Positions 18,519 through 28,220 of a DNA stretch of 64,000 bases are shown one piece after another. Positions within the stretch are counted from its first letter, which is position 1; every line of letters starts with the position of its first letter. Source of the stretch: Bacilli bacterium (GTDB lineage: Bacteria; Bacillota_I; Bacilli_A; RFN20; CAG-826); contig JAFYAZ010000034.1 in NCBI GenBank assembly GCA_017540455.1, positions 25,146-89,145 of the forward strand, read 5' to 3'. The notes under the pieces are model-generated. The model was not told the DNA's origin. It saw only the letters and a program-made list of their open reading frames with translations, and did no database searches. A program made the translations under genes and the position numbers.

Positions 18519-21076
18519 TCAACACTCTTGAGGGATTCAACCATCTTCACGCTCTCACTTTGGAAGGCATAGAAGCCATTGACAAGAAGAGCGACGACGA
18601 ACGTGAGAACGAAGGAAAGGATGAACGAGAGAGGGTTGATATGGAAGATATAATTGACGAGTTCGACTTTGTTGAGGGTCATGACGCCCATATGGAAAGG
18701 AATGCCGGCGAAGAGCCCTACTCCCACGCCAATAGCAACTAAGGCCATCATCTCAAAGATGAGAGGGTTGGCAATCTCAACGCGAGAGAAGCCTAAGACC
18801 TTAAGCGTAGCGATATCCCTCGTCCTGTCTTTGAAGTTCATGAGGGCGAGGTTATAAAGAACGGTAATGGCAAGGAGGATGGCGAAGACTTTGACGGCGT
18901 TCGTCATAATGAGGATGCCGCCCATGACGTCATTGATCGATTTTGTCCAGTCGCTTTGGGTTTGGGCTTGCATGACATATGGCAAAGAAAGAAGTTTTTC
19001 TTTGACCTCATCAGGGCTATAGCCATCAAGGACATCAAGGCTCGCTCCCGAATAGGAATCTCCCCAATCGCCAAGGATTGGAGAATCGCCATAGACAATG
19101 ACGCCGTTATACACGAAAGCGTCATACACATCATAAACGGTTGCCGAATAAGTGACGTTCGAATAGGTGAAAGTGACTGTGTCCCCTGCTTTCGCTCCTG
19201 TCGCGTCAGAGATTTTTCCTGATATCGCAACCTGGTCAAGAGGCATATCAGGAACGTATTTCATGTGGGTTTTGCTGCCGTTTTCGCCCAAAACATAGAT
19301 GAAAGAGTCAGCAGAATGGCCTTCTTCGTAACCGATTGTCGAGGTCGCTCTTGTATACATTTCAAAGGATTTGACACCTTCGATGGCGAGAAGATCGCTT
19401 TCGACATCCTCTTTCGTTTTTATTGAGGAGAAGGTCAGAGATATATCTTGGCTATTGCCCATTTTCATATCGTGATCAAGGCCATAGTTAATCGTGTCTT
19501 CGATGCCAAAGCCACAGACAAGAAGGGCCGTGCATCCGACGATGCCGACGATGACCATGATGGACTTGACGACGTCGCTAAACATGTTTCTCAAAGCCAT
19601 TTTGAGAGATAAGAAAGCGATGCCATGCTTAGGTTCGTTCTTAAGCGAATAAGATTTCATAACCCTTGGACGAGGCCTCATCGATTCGCAAGGCTTAAGG
19701 GAGATTTCTCTTCTGGCGATGAAATAAGTGACGCCTCCTGCGATAAGAAGGAAAGACACCGCGGTCAAGATGCCCGTTAACCAAGGGAAAACATAGCTAA
19801 GCTTAGGAAGGGTGTAGATAATCGCGTATTTCTTGTCCATGATCCATGGGATGAGGATAGGACCGACGATCTCTCCAATAAGGGTTCCTGCCCCCACCAA
19901 AGCGAGGGTAATCGAGACATACAAAGACATGACCTCGCTGTTTTTGAGGCCTAAGGCTTTCATCGTGCCAATCTGCATCCTTTCCTTGAGGATGATTTGC
20001 GAGGTGGTCGTTAAGATGACAAGAACGGCAACAAGGAAGAAGACGAACGGGAAAAGGAAGGTGAAATTACGGGCTTGCTCAACGTCATTATGGACGGTGA
20101 TGACGAAAGGCATATCGCTTCTATCGTTAGCGGACAGAAGGTTATTCGCCGTCTTCGATTTGAAATAGTCGGTGATGGAGGTTTTGATGGAAGAAGAATC
20201 CTCCCCTCCATTCAGTTTGATGAGGTATTGGTTTGGGCAAAGGAGTCGACCACCATAATCCACCGTGCCGTCTCCATTGAAGAAAGAGGCTTCGGTAAGG
20301 ATCTCATGGAGAACGTTCATCTCCTCGATCTTGTCTTCTTCTGAGATGTCGCTTCTCATGTTGTCATGAAGCATCGCGTCAAAGGCTTTGTGGAAAGCTT
20401 TGTCACTGATGAGGACGGTTGAGTTGTTATATGAGGATTTAGCGATGTTCTCTGGGAATTTCATAAGTCCTGTGACTTTGAAATCGAGAATCAATGTCTT
20501 GGCTTTGAGAGGGTTCTTATCTTCTTCGTAATAGCGTTCTAGCTTAAGCAAATCGGAAAGCCAGGAAGACCTTGAGGTGAAGGCGCTCATATCGATGGTG
20601 ATATCGAAATCGCCACCCAAAACGTATGAGCCTAAAGCGGCTTTGCTAGGATCGGCCGAGCCAAGGGTTTCATCGATCCTCACGAAATAATCAGAAGTGT
20701 CTTGTTCGCTTTTCTGAAGATCATATGGATGAGAGATGGTAGGCTCACCATCGGTAACTCCGACATAGACGGAATGATGTCCCGCTTGGCCCATGGCCTC
20801 GAAACGGGATTCAACTGCGCCTTTATCTCCGACGATTTCTTTGATATTAGCCTCATCACGGCTGTCATAGCTTCTCGTCGTGACCCAGAGATCGGCCATG
20901 TTGCCGTTATCGAATGTTCGATTGACGCGGCTCTCGAAATTGTCGGCATTGGCCATAAGGCCAACGAAAAGAGTCACCGCGATCGTTCCGATGGCGATGA
21001 TGGCGAGGAATTGTTTCCAGTTGTTCTTTATTTCCCTTAAGCCGAGTTTGGCGAGGATTCTTTTGACGCTCACCAC
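18515..21076 (-). CDS. ABC transporter permease, FtsX/MacB-like with two FtsX domains
   Basis: 853 aa. An N-terminal TM, a large extracytoplasmic domain, a 4-TM FtsX block, a second extracytoplasmic domain and a second FtsX block. Confidence 0.75.
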   Translation of the reverse strand: MVSVKRILAKLGLREIKNNWKQFLAIIAIGTIAVTLFVGLMANADNFESRVNRTFDNGNMADLWVTTRSYDSRDEANIKEIVGDKGAVESRFEAMGQAGHHSVYVGVTDGEPTISHPYDLQKSEQDTSDYFVRIDETLGSADPSKAALGSYVLGGDFDITIDMSAFTSRSSWLSDLLKLERYYEEDKNPLKAKTLILDFKVTGLMKFPENIAKSSYNNSTVLISDKAFHKAFDAMLHDNMRSDISEEDKIEEMNVLHEILTEASFFNGDGTVDYGGRLLCPNQYLIKLNGGEDSSSIKTSITDYFKSKTANNLLSANDRSDMPFVITVHNDVEQARNFTFLFPFVFFLVAVLVILTTTSQIILKERMQIGTMKALGLKNSEVMSLYVSITLALVGAGTLIGEIVGPILIPWIMDKKYAIIYTLPKLSYVFPWLTGILTAVSFLLIAGGVTYFIARREISLKPCESMRPRPRVMKSYSLKNEPKHGIAFLSLKMALRNMFSDVVKSIMVIVGIVGCTALLVCGFGIEDTINYGLDHDMKMGNSQDISLTFSSIKTKEDVESDLLAIEGVKSFEMYTRATSTIGYEEGHSADSFIYVLGENGSKTHMKYVPDMPLDQVAISGKISDATGAKAGDTVTFTYSNVTYSATVYDVYDAFVYNGVIVYGDSPILGDWGDSYSGASLDVLDGYSPDEVKEKLLSLPYVMQAQTQSDWTKSINDVMGGILIMTNAVKVFAILLAITVLYNLALMNFKDRTRDIATLKVLGFSRVEIANPLIFEMMALVAIGVGVGLFAGIPFHMGVMTLNKVELVNYIFHINPLSFILSFVLTFVVALLVNGFYAFQSESVKMVESLKSVE

Positions 21077-21774
21077 TTGACCTCCGAAGGCTTAAGAGGA
21101 TTTTCGACTATTCTATTCTCTTCGATCTTGCCGTCTCTTATGCGGATAAGGCGCTGAGCGCATTCGCTGATCTTGCTGTTATGGGTAACAAGGATGACGG
21201 TTTTCTTATATTCGACCGCAACTTCGTTAAGGAGTTCGATGATGGAGGCGCCGGTTTTGCTATCCAAAGCGCCGGTAGGCTCATCACAAAGGAGGAGCTT
21301 AGGGTTCTTGACGATGGCGCGGGCGATCGCGACTCTTTGCTGCTCGCCGCCAGAAAGCTGGGATGGGAAATTGTTGGCCCTTTTCTCTAAGCCAACCCTT
21401 TTAAGGATGTCTCTCGCGTCGAATGGGTCTTTGGCCACCGAAGCAGCAAGTTCGATGTTCTCAAGTGCCGTAAGGTTTGGCATCAGGTTATAGAACTGAA
21501 AAACGAATCCGATGTCGTTCCTTCTAAAGAGGGCGAGTTTACTGGATTTGTATTTGGCAATGTCTTCTCCTGCGACGAGATATTCGCCTGAAGTAGCGTT
21601 ATCCATTCCCCCTAAAAGATTGAGGAGGGTGCTTTTGCCAGCGCCTGAAGCACCGAGGATAACGACGAATTCACCCTCAATGAGGGTGAAAGAGACATCA
21701 TCCAAAGCTTTGACCTCGTTGTCTTGGCCTTGGTTGTATATCTTCGAAAGATGAGAGACCTTGATTTGTTCCAT
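21070..21774 (-). CDS. ABC transporter ATP-binding protein (MacB/LolD-type)
   Basis: 234 aa. Walker A GASGAGKST, signature LSGGEQQRVAIARA, Walker B LLLCDEPTGALD. Overlaps the permease start by 7 nt. Confidence 0.85.
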   Translation of the reverse strand: MEQIKVSHLSKIYNQGQDNEVKALDDVSFTLIEGEFVVILGASGAGKSTLLNLLGGMDNATSGEYLVAGEDIAKYKSSKLALFRRNDIGFVFQFYNLMPNLTALENIELAASVAKDPFDARDILKRVGLEKRANNFPSQLSGGEQQRVAIARAIVKNPKLLLCDEPTGALDSKTGASIIELLNEVAVEYKKTVILVTHNSKISECAQRLIRIRDGKIEENRIVENPLKPSEVKW

Positions 21775-21828
21775 GCTCTTGTTTTACCCCAAAACATTGG
21801 GGTTAACAAGAATTATGAACTTTGTACA

Positions 21829-23715
21829 TTAGATACAAAAAGCGCCGTAACCCCATCCATAGAGGTTATTCCACATGTTCTGCATGTGTTCAGGATGCTG
21901 ATTATTCTTGCCATGGAAAACCCCATTGGAGATGACTGACTGATAGCGGAACCAACTGATTTTATAGAAGCCGGCATTGTCCCAAATGGTGTTTTCGATA
22001 GTGATCCTGTTCGCGGTCATAATCGCGTACTCATTGTTGCTGTATTCGCCAAAAGAAGCGCAAATTGCAGAGGATTCTTTGGAAATCTTGAGGGCGTAGT
22101 AGCTATTACCCGCTCGGAGAATGTAGTAGTCATTGGCATGTGCTTTGGCGTGGTTTTTGACGACGACGGTGTTCTGGATTCCGCTTAAGGATTGGACTTG
22201 GCCCGCTCCACCATAAGCGACGAGGGTTCCGCCACTGATCTCAAGCGGCAAACCTGCGCCCGCTTCAAGAGGCGAGTGCGAGCTATTGGAGGCATAAGCG
22301 ATTATGAGGAGGCCTCCCCTCATTTCGAAACGGCCATCGCTATCGACGCCATCGCCTTCGGAATCGATGTAATGGTTGCCGCCTCTCACATCGACGAGGG
22401 TGTCGTTTCTGCTCGTGTTGATGTTGGTCGCTTTCCAACCATCATCAATGGAATTGACTAAAGTGATGCCGCCGCTTGCGGAGATCTTCTGAGCGGTGAA
22501 ACCTCTATAAGAGGTTGAGACGATGATTTGGCCGCCTCTAATATCGATAAGGATCTCAGCTCTGATACCTTGGAACTGGCTCTTGATTCCGGCATCGATT
22601 GTGTAAGTGCCGTCGTTAATCAAGACCGACGACGTCTCTGAACGAACGCCATCGCCATTATTGGCTTTGAGGTAGAAAGAACCGCCATCGATGAATAAAT
22701 CTTTCGCGGCAAAAAGGGCATGGGATTCGGTGGATTCGATCATGCCGTTTCCGCCTTCCATGTAGAGGTATCCCGCACTGCTAAGCGCAGCGCCAGGGGC
22801 ATTCATGAAATACTGGGCGTCCTTAAGCTCGATGCCAGCGATATCGTCATTTTCTTCGGTGTTCCCGAATACTGGGATTTTGACATTCGTGTCAAGGTCT
22901 GTGACTTCAACGCCATGGCCTTTTTCGACGGTTGAGATGAAGGCGAAAGAACCGCCTTCCTCAGCTCCGCCTAAAACGATGGAGTTCTTGGCTTTGAGAC
23001 AGCTTCCCGGGGAAAGGATGGCCAAGGTGACGCCATAGGCATCGATTCCCTTTCTCGACTCAATGCCGTTATTGCAGAAAGCGTTGACCCTTAAGGAACC
23101 TTCGCCACGGATTTTGATTTTCGAATAAGCGTATATAGAGGCATCGTTTTGCTCATCGACAATATGGCCGTCGCGGTTATCGACGACGATGGAGGCGGTA
23201 TCAGCAGGGAGGCTCAAAAGGAGATTCGAGCTTCCGCTTGAATAGATTGGGCCAGGGACGATTGTCTCTTCATCTAAGCTGAAAGAGTAAGCCCCACTGC
23301 ATCCGATATAGACGCCATTCATGAAGATCCTGACGGTGTCGTTATTCTCAAGAGCGTCGGCTTTGTTGAGGATGACGCCACCGGAAAGGTTGCCGCTCAT
23401 GACGAAGTCACCAACGGAATTGATGGTGATGACGTCATTGACGTTGTCGATTTCGACTCTTGATGGGTCGGTCGTTGTTGAGGCGCCGTCTTTGAGGTCG
23501 ATGCGGACCGTGCTAGAGGATAGGTTTTGTTGGCCGACTATTACGCTATTGGCCGCGGAGTCGATGTTGAAGTCGCTTTCGTTGATCGACATTGCGCTAT
23601 CTTCGACGGTTGGAATCGATGGCGAGGCTTCTACGCTTGAGGTCGGCTCGAATTGGCACGAAGGCAAAAGGAAAAGCGAGAGCGCAAGCGGAAGAATGAA
23701 TGAACGTTTCTTCAT
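21829..23715 (-). CDS. secreted lipoprotein, predicted beta-helix / carbohydrate-binding-like (Cthe_2159-like family guess)
   Basis: 628 aa. Lipobox MKKRSFILPLALSLFLLPSCQ. Gly/Asn/Ser/Thr-rich repeats (GGITLVNS, TLVAYGGAG) suggest a parallel beta-helix. The family assignment is from memory only. Confidence 0.5.
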   Translation of the reverse strand: MKKRSFILPLALSLFLLPSCQFEPTSSVEASPSIPTVEDSAMSINESDFNIDSAANSVIVGQQNLSSSTVRIDLKDGASTTTDPSRVEIDNVNDVITINSVGDFVMSGNLSGGVILNKADALENNDTVRIFMNGVYIGCSGAYSFSLDEETIVPGPIYSSGSSNLLLSLPADTASIVVDNRDGHIVDEQNDASIYAYSKIKIRGEGSLRVNAFCNNGIESRKGIDAYGVTLAILSPGSCLKAKNSIVLGGAEEGGSFAFISTVEKGHGVEVTDLDTNVKIPVFGNTEENDDIAGIELKDAQYFMNAPGAALSSAGYLYMEGGNGMIESTESHALFAAKDLFIDGGSFYLKANNGDGVRSETSSVLINDGTYTIDAGIKSQFQGIRAEILIDIRGGQIIVSTSYRGFTAQKISASGGITLVNSIDDGWKATNINTSRNDTLVDVRGGNHYIDSEGDGVDSDGRFEMRGGLLIIAYASNSSHSPLEAGAGLPLEISGGTLVAYGGAGQVQSLSGIQNTVVVKNHAKAHANDYYILRAGNSYYALKISKESSAICASFGEYSNNEYAIMTANRITIENTIWDNAGFYKISWFRYQSVISNGVFHGKNNQHPEHMQNMWNNLYGWGYGAFCI

Positions 23716-23726
23716 CTGAGGCTCTC

Positions 23727-23861
23727 CTTTCTCCTAGTAGGCGATTGACCCTTTCGTGATGGTGTTTCCACCAAAGGAAAGAACGAGGCTTCCTGGAGTC
23801 TCTGAATTATCGGTAATAAACAAGGCGCTTGGAATCGTTGTAACGAGTGGTGTTCTTTTCA
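23727..23861 (-). CDS. small ORF (42 aa) immediately upstream of the beta-helix lipoprotein
   Basis: Manual translation is MKRTPLVTTIPSALFITDNSETPGSLVLSFGGNTITKGSIAY. A plausible SD (AGGGCAGGT) lies 7 nt upstream. Its stop is 8 nt before the lipoprotein RBS. Confidence 0.3.
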
Positions 23862-23915
23862 TGTTTTACCTGCCCTACAACTAATTAACGCACCAAGGAC
23901 CAATATTTATTGGTT

Positions 23916-25259
23916 TTAGTCAGCGAGGGTTCCCATTGGGTCCCATGGGTGGAGTTTGGTTGGGGCGTGTTTGGTGGCCTCGAGCTCCTCTTTGGTGAGG
24001 TATTTCTTCATGATGACGGCCTGATAGACGAATTTGTCGAACCAGGATTCGCTCATGACGTAGTAGCCACTAAGGGCGTGCTCATTGCCCCAACTGTTCT
24101 CGATTTTCCATCTGTTGGCTTTGCCATCTTTGATGTTGACGCCGGTGATGACCATGGCGTGGTTCATGGCGCTATGCCAGTAATCGAGCATCTTCTCTTT
24201 TTCGAATTCGACGCTTAAGCCGAATGGGGACTCATAGTCGAAGGAATTGTCATCCCAGGCGAAGAGCTTTGGATCGCGGTAGAAAGAGACGTCGCTGCCA
24301 AACCAGACTGGCTCGCCATCGGAGAGCTGCTTGATGATGAGCTCTTTGATGCGCTCCATTGGGAGGTTGAGGTGATTGATCGGTTTGCCTTCTTTGACGT
24401 TGCCAAGATACTCGATGGTGAAGTTCTTCATGTATGGCTTGTCGCTGGTTGGCGAGTTGATGAGGGACTGATATTCGTCGATTCTCTCACCGATGTACTT
24501 CTCGAAGAATGATTTTGGGGTGAGGTCTTTGTCGATGTGGTAGCCCTTCTCGTTCTCATATTCGAAGTCGAATGATTTTGGAGGGACGCCGAAGCAGTTA
24601 AGGAAGAGATGGTAGATCTTTTCCATGACCTCATCCTTCATCTTTCTAGCGGTCACGATATCGCCTTTTTTGAGGAAAGAGGCGGAATCTGCAGCGAATT
24701 TTCTGATTGCGGCGTTAACAAGGAAGTCGCTTTCCTGGGTGTTTTCGCTCTGGAAAGTCTCTGGGAATTTGTTCTGTGGGACTAAGCCATATTTCTTGAC
24801 GAGGTTGACGAACATATCCCACTGGCCACCGTCGGAGACAGGCATGGCGAGGATGAAATGAAGCTCTCTGTCGTCATGGTCGCGGCCACCGAGCTCGAGG
24901 ATGGTCTCGAGGGCGAAGTTGGCTTTCTCGATCTTGTCATAGAGGGAGATATAGTTCTGGGAGAGCTCAAAGCTCTTGAGTTCGCATTTCTTGGCGATGA
25001 TTTCACGGAGGACGTTAAGACCGGCGAAGATCCAGCAGCGGCCACTTCTTCTTTGGTTGGCGACTGGGAGGGTCTTAAGGTCGATTGAGAAAGCTGGGGC
25101 GACATCGCCAAGGGCGCCAGGTTCATAGATGGCGGCGGAGATGTTGCCTTTGCTGAGGGCGTGCCTCACGATAGTGTTCTTTTTGTCTTCTGAATAGTCT
25201 TTGACGATTTTGGCGGTGACTTCTTCGTTAAGTGCGCCGATAAGTTTTTCTTTTGACAT
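23916..25259 (-). CDS. pepC: aminopeptidase C (bleomycin hydrolase, peptidase C1B)
   Basis: 447 aa. Active-site QRRSGRCWIFAGLN and a C-terminal His/Asn region typical of PepC. Confidence 0.85.
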   Translation of the reverse strand: MSKEKLIGALNEEVTAKIVKDYSEDKKNTIVRHALSKGNISAAIYEPGALGDVAPAFSIDLKTLPVANQRRSGRCWIFAGLNVLREIIAKKCELKSFELSQNYISLYDKIEKANFALETILELGGRDHDDRELHFILAMPVSDGGQWDMFVNLVKKYGLVPQNKFPETFQSENTQESDFLVNAAIRKFAADSASFLKKGDIVTARKMKDEVMEKIYHLFLNCFGVPPKSFDFEYENEKGYHIDKDLTPKSFFEKYIGERIDEYQSLINSPTSDKPYMKNFTIEYLGNVKEGKPINHLNLPMERIKELIIKQLSDGEPVWFGSDVSFYRDPKLFAWDDNSFDYESPFGLSVEFEKEKMLDYWHSAMNHAMVITGVNIKDGKANRWKIENSWGNEHALSGYYVMSESWFDKFVYQAVIMKKYLTKEELEATKHAPTKLHPWDPMGTLAD

Positions 25260-25403
25260 TTTTCTGATTCCTTTCTTTGAAAGACGTTCCCATTTTAGCG
25301 AATTCGCACTACATGTGGTAGCGTATTGACCTTTAAAAAGGTCTTTCCTTAGTGTTTTCCTTCTTTTTGCGTTACAATAACCGAGTTATAAGAGGCTAAC
25401 ACC

Positions 25404-26603
25404 ATGAACGAAAATTTAGAAAGATTCCTTAGATACATCAAAATCGATACCCAGTCGGATGATAATTCCACCTCTACTCCAAGCGCCAAAAAAGAGTACG
25501 ACCTTCTTAACCTCTTAAGAAAGGAACTCCTTGAGCTTGGCATCGAAGGCGAGATCACCAAAGAGGGAAGGTTATACGCTTTCCTCGACGGCGAAAAAGG
25601 ATTGGACGTTATTGGTTTAAACTCCCATGTTGACACCGCTCTAGAGATGCCTGGCAAAAACGTCAAAGCTCAGATCATCGAGAACTATGACGGCGGTTAT
25701 ATCAAACTCAACGACGAATACCAGATGAGCCCAAAAGAGTTCTCTTCCCTTAAGGGACACGAGGGAGACACCCTTGTCGTCACGAGCGGAGACACCCTTT
25801 TAGGCGGAGATGACAAAGCCGGCGTCGCCGTCATCATGTCGGTCCTTGCCTACTTGGTCAAAAATAAAGAAGTCAAACACCATCCAATCGCCATCCTCTT
25901 CACCCCTGACGAAGAGATTGGAAGAGGCCCAGAGCACTTCGATGCGAAGAAATTCGGTGCCGATTACGCTTACACGATCGATGGCGATTACCCAGACCAT
26001 ATCGATATCGAGAACTTCAACGCCGCGCACGCCGATGTCACCATCCATGGCGTAGGCATCCACCCAGGCGAAGCCAAAGGCAGAATGGTGAACGCCATCA
26101 GCTTAGGCGTCCTCTTCGATTCCATGCTTGGACAAGAAGCCCGTCCAGAGAATACCGATGGACATAACGGCTTCAACCACTGCGGTTCCTTCAGCGGAGA
26201 CGTTTCCAAAGCCGAGCTCCACTACATCATCAGAAACCACGACAAAGCCAAATTCGAAGCTCAGAAGAAGAAGTTCTTGGAGATCAAGGAATTCATTGAG
26301 AATAAATACCCAACTGCCAAAATCGACCTTGAGATGGGTGACGATTACAGAAACATGAAGGAAATCATCGATGAGGATCCACGTGCTCTCAACCATGCCG
26401 TTGAGGTCTTCAAGAAGATGGGAATCAAGCCTGTCCATGCCCCAGTCAGAGGCGGAACCGATGGAGCGACCTTCTCATTCCATGGCTGCCCAACCCCAAA
26501 CCTTGGCACTGGCTCATATAACCACCACAGCCGCTACGAATTCCTCTCAGTCAGAGACTTTAATCAGATGATTGAGATCGTCAAAGAACTCGTCAAAGCC
26601 TAA
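25404..26603 (+). CDS. pepT: peptidase T (tripeptide aminopeptidase, M20B)
   Basis: 399 aa. The N-terminus MNENLERFLRYIKIDTQSDDNSTSTPS matches PepT, with M20 metal ligands. Confidence 0.85.
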   Translation: MNENLERFLRYIKIDTQSDDNSTSTPSAKKEYDLLNLLRKELLELGIEGEITKEGRLYAFLDGEKGLDVIGLNSHVDTALEMPGKNVKAQIIENYDGGYIKLNDEYQMSPKEFSSLKGHEGDTLVVTSGDTLLGGDDKAGVAVIMSVLAYLVKNKEVKHHPIAILFTPDEEIGRGPEHFDAKKFGADYAYTIDGDYPDHIDIENFNAAHADVTIHGVGIHPGEAKGRMVNAISLGVLFDSMLGQEARPENTDGHNGFNHCGSFSGDVSKAELHYIIRNHDKAKFEAQKKKFLEIKEFIENKYPTAKIDLEMGDDYRNMKEIIDEDPRALNHAVEVFKKMGIKPVHAPVRGGTDGATFSFHGCPTPNLGTGSYNHHSRYEFLSVRDFNQMIEIVKELVKA

Positions 26604-26606
26604 CAA

Positions 26607-26640
26607 AAAAAGAAAACGGGGAATGTCCCCGTTTTTTGTT
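26607..26640. terminator. rho-independent terminator after pepT (also serves the convergent XRE operon)
   Basis: AAAAAAAGAAAACGGGGAATGTCCCCGTTTTTTGTT. Confidence 0.7.
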
Positions 26641-26649
26641 GGTTTGTTT

Positions 26650-26856
26650 TTAGAAGAAGAACAAGTCTTCAAATTTCTTATCAAGAGCGACGCAAAGGAG
26701 CAAGGCTAATTTGGCGGTTGGCTGGTATTGGCCGGTTTCAATTGAACTGATTGTGTTTCTTGAAACGCCTACGAGTTCAGCGAGTTCGGATTGAGACATT
26801 CTTTTCTCCTTCCTAACCGCTGCCACGTTGTTATGTAAAGTTAACGACTGATCCAT
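26650..26856 (-). CDS. XRE-family HTH transcriptional regulator
   Basis: 68 aa. Canonical HTH_3 (VRKEKRMSQSELAELVGVSRNTISSIETGQYQP). Confidence 0.8.
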   Translation of the reverse strand: MDQSLTLHNNVAAVRKEKRMSQSELAELVGVSRNTISSIETGQYQPTAKLALLLCVALDKKFEDLFFF

Positions 26857-26858
26857 AA

Positions 26859-27185
26859 CTAAAATGGGTGAACGAGTCTAACGATCCACGAGGCTATCGC
26901 TGCTGCAGCGCATAACGTGTAAAGGATGCCAATGATGATTTCATGACGCTTCTTGCTGTAATACGATTTGACGAAGAAGGCCACCGCCAACATGACGAAG
27001 AGTCCACCGAGAATCTCGAAATGGGCCACCTTGGTAACAATCAAATCAACGATGATGATTGCTATGAAAGTGAGTCCACCGACCGTATAGGCGATGTTCG
27101 TTCCTTTTCTTTGTGCTTCAAGATCGGCGATATCCGCTCCTTTGTTTTCTTTTTGAGCCTTAGCCAAGATTTCTTCTTTTTCCAT
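26859..27185 (-). CDS. small 3-TM membrane protein co-transcribed with the XRE regulator
   Basis: The track ORF starts at TTG 27206. The ATG at 27185 (MEKEEILAKAQ...) has a perfect SD (AAGAGGAGGAACAAA-ATG). Three hydrophobic helices. Confidence 0.6.
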   Translation of the reverse strand: MEKEEILAKAQKENKGADIADLEAQRKGTNIAYTVGGLTFIAIIIVDLIVTKVAHFEILGGLFVMLAVAFFVKSYYSKKRHEIIIGILYTLCAAAAIASWIVRLVHPF

Positions 27186-27200
27186 TTTGTTCCTCCTCTT

Positions 27201-27252
27201 TGCCAAGCGAACTTGTCACGAACATAATAAGGAATGCCAAGCGAACTTGTCA
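27201..27252 (-). promoter_or_regulatory. tandem 18-bp operator repeats overlapping a sigma-A-type promoter of the membrane-protein/XRE operon
   Basis: TGCCAAGCGAACTTGTCA occurs at 27201..27218 and again at 27235..27252. Each copy is an imperfect palindrome TGNCAAG-N4-CTTGNCA. The distal copy contains a TTGACA -35 followed 17 nt later by TATTAT. The proximal copy abuts the SD. Confidence 0.5.
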
Positions 27253-27265
27253 ACAACAAAATGGT

Positions 27266-27296
27266 GAATTTCCCTTAGAAAAGAAAAAGAACCAAT
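27266..27296 (-). terminator. terminator after tRNA-Gln
   Basis: Minus strand reads AGAACCATTAAATTGGTTCTTTTTCTTTTC. Confidence 0.5.
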
Positions 27297-27318
27297 TTAA
27301 TGGTTCTGTCTCTTCAAA

Positions 27319-27393
27319 TGGCTGGGGTGACTGGGTTCGAACCAGTGCATCTCGGATTCAGAGTCCGATGCCTTACCGCTTGGCTACACCCCA
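27319..27393 (-). tRNA. tRNA-Gln (anticodon CUG), CCA encoded
   Basis: Reverse complement is TGGGGTGTAGCCAAGCGGTAAGGCATCGGACTCTGAATCCGAGATGCACTGGTTCGAACCCAGTCACCCCAGCCA. U1-A72 is typical of tRNA-Gln. Anticodon loop is CUCUGAA. Confidence 0.85.
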
Positions 27394-27435
27394 ATGCGCA
27401 ACGATAATTTTACTCAAAGACAGCCTCTTGGCAAG

Positions 27436-28053
27436 TTATTTCTTTACCTCGATTTCCTTCACTTCCGCATCAACTGCCGGAATAGCCTTAGGGGTCTCTT
27501 CTATTTTGGCTGGCTCAGAGTATTTTGAGTGGGTTTTGCCAGGGTTTTTTACTGGTGCCCTGCTGTTATTGACTTCTTTGATGGCGAATTTGCCATATAT
27601 TCTCTCAGGGTTTTCTTTGATCCAGGCCATTTTCCATAAGCCATAGACAAAGAGGATGAGTTCGATGACTGCAATGAATATCGAGTAGACTCTAACTGCT
27701 AGATCCATGCCACTGCTATTTGTTCCAACGCCGATAGCAAGGAAGGCGTGGGCGGCCAAGACGGCGCCTCTAATAATCTGCTTCACCACATCTATCGCTT
27801 TGAAACGGGCGATGGTGAATCCATCTTTTCGTCCAACGAACATTAAGCCGATTCTGACAGCGGTCATGACCAAGGCAAGTACGCAAAGGCCAAAGAAGAT
27901 GAAACCGACGACCTGGTTTGTATTTGCGACAAGCAAGAAAGCAGATAAAAGAGTCGAAGAATAAACGACTACGCAAGAGGCGATGAAAGTCGCGAGGTTG
28001 ATGTTCTTCGTGATCTTGTTTTTATAGACAAGGCGCGCTTCTCTTTCGTTCAT
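27436..28053 (-). CDS. hypothetical 4-TM membrane protein
   Basis: 205 aa with four hydrophobic helices and a charged C-terminal tail. Last gene of the permease operon. Confidence 0.55.
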   Translation of the reverse strand: MNEREARLVYKNKITKNINLATFIASCVVVYSSTLLSAFLLVANTNQVVGFIFFGLCVLALVMTAVRIGLMFVGRKDGFTIARFKAIDVVKQIIRGAVLAAHAFLAIGVGTNSSGMDLAVRVYSIFIAVIELILFVYGLWKMAWIKENPERIYGKFAIKEVNNSRAPVKNPGKTHSKYSEPAKIEETPKAIPAVDAEVKEIEVKK

Positions 28054-28067
28054 AGTGACATTCTACA

Positions 28068-28220
28068 CTAAGCAGCGTCTTCGTGGTCCTTGTATTTTTC
28101 GCTTCCGGCTTTTGAAGAATCCCCATCAAGCTCTTTTTCGTTAAGCATATCAAGGTCTTCTCCGGTGTATTTCTTTTTGATGTATTTGCGGTAAAGCGCT
28201 TCAGTTTTCTTGTCTCTCAT
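28068..28220 (-). CDS. micro-ORF (50 aa), translationally coupled (ATGA) to the upstream permease
   Basis: Manual translation is MRDKKTEALYRKYIKKKYTGEDLDMLNEKELDGDSSKAGSEKYKDHEDAA. Its ATG overlaps the TGA stop of the 306-aa permease. It is a hydrophilic, charged peptide. Confidence 0.35.
   Translation of the reverse strand: MRDKKTEALYRKYIKKKYTGEDLDMLNEKELDGDSSKAGSEKYKDHEDAA

Noticed and set aside
21775-21828. Hairpin ACCCCAAaacaTTGGGGTT between the beta-helix lipoprotein and the ABC ATPase gene as a terminator
   Set aside because: No U-tract on either strand. It is more likely an attenuating stem or part of the promoter region. Operon status is left open.
26859-27206. TTG start at 27206 for the small membrane protein
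   Set aside because: The ATG at 27185 has a perfect GGAGG SD at optimal spacing. The TTG start would place the SD inside the coding region.
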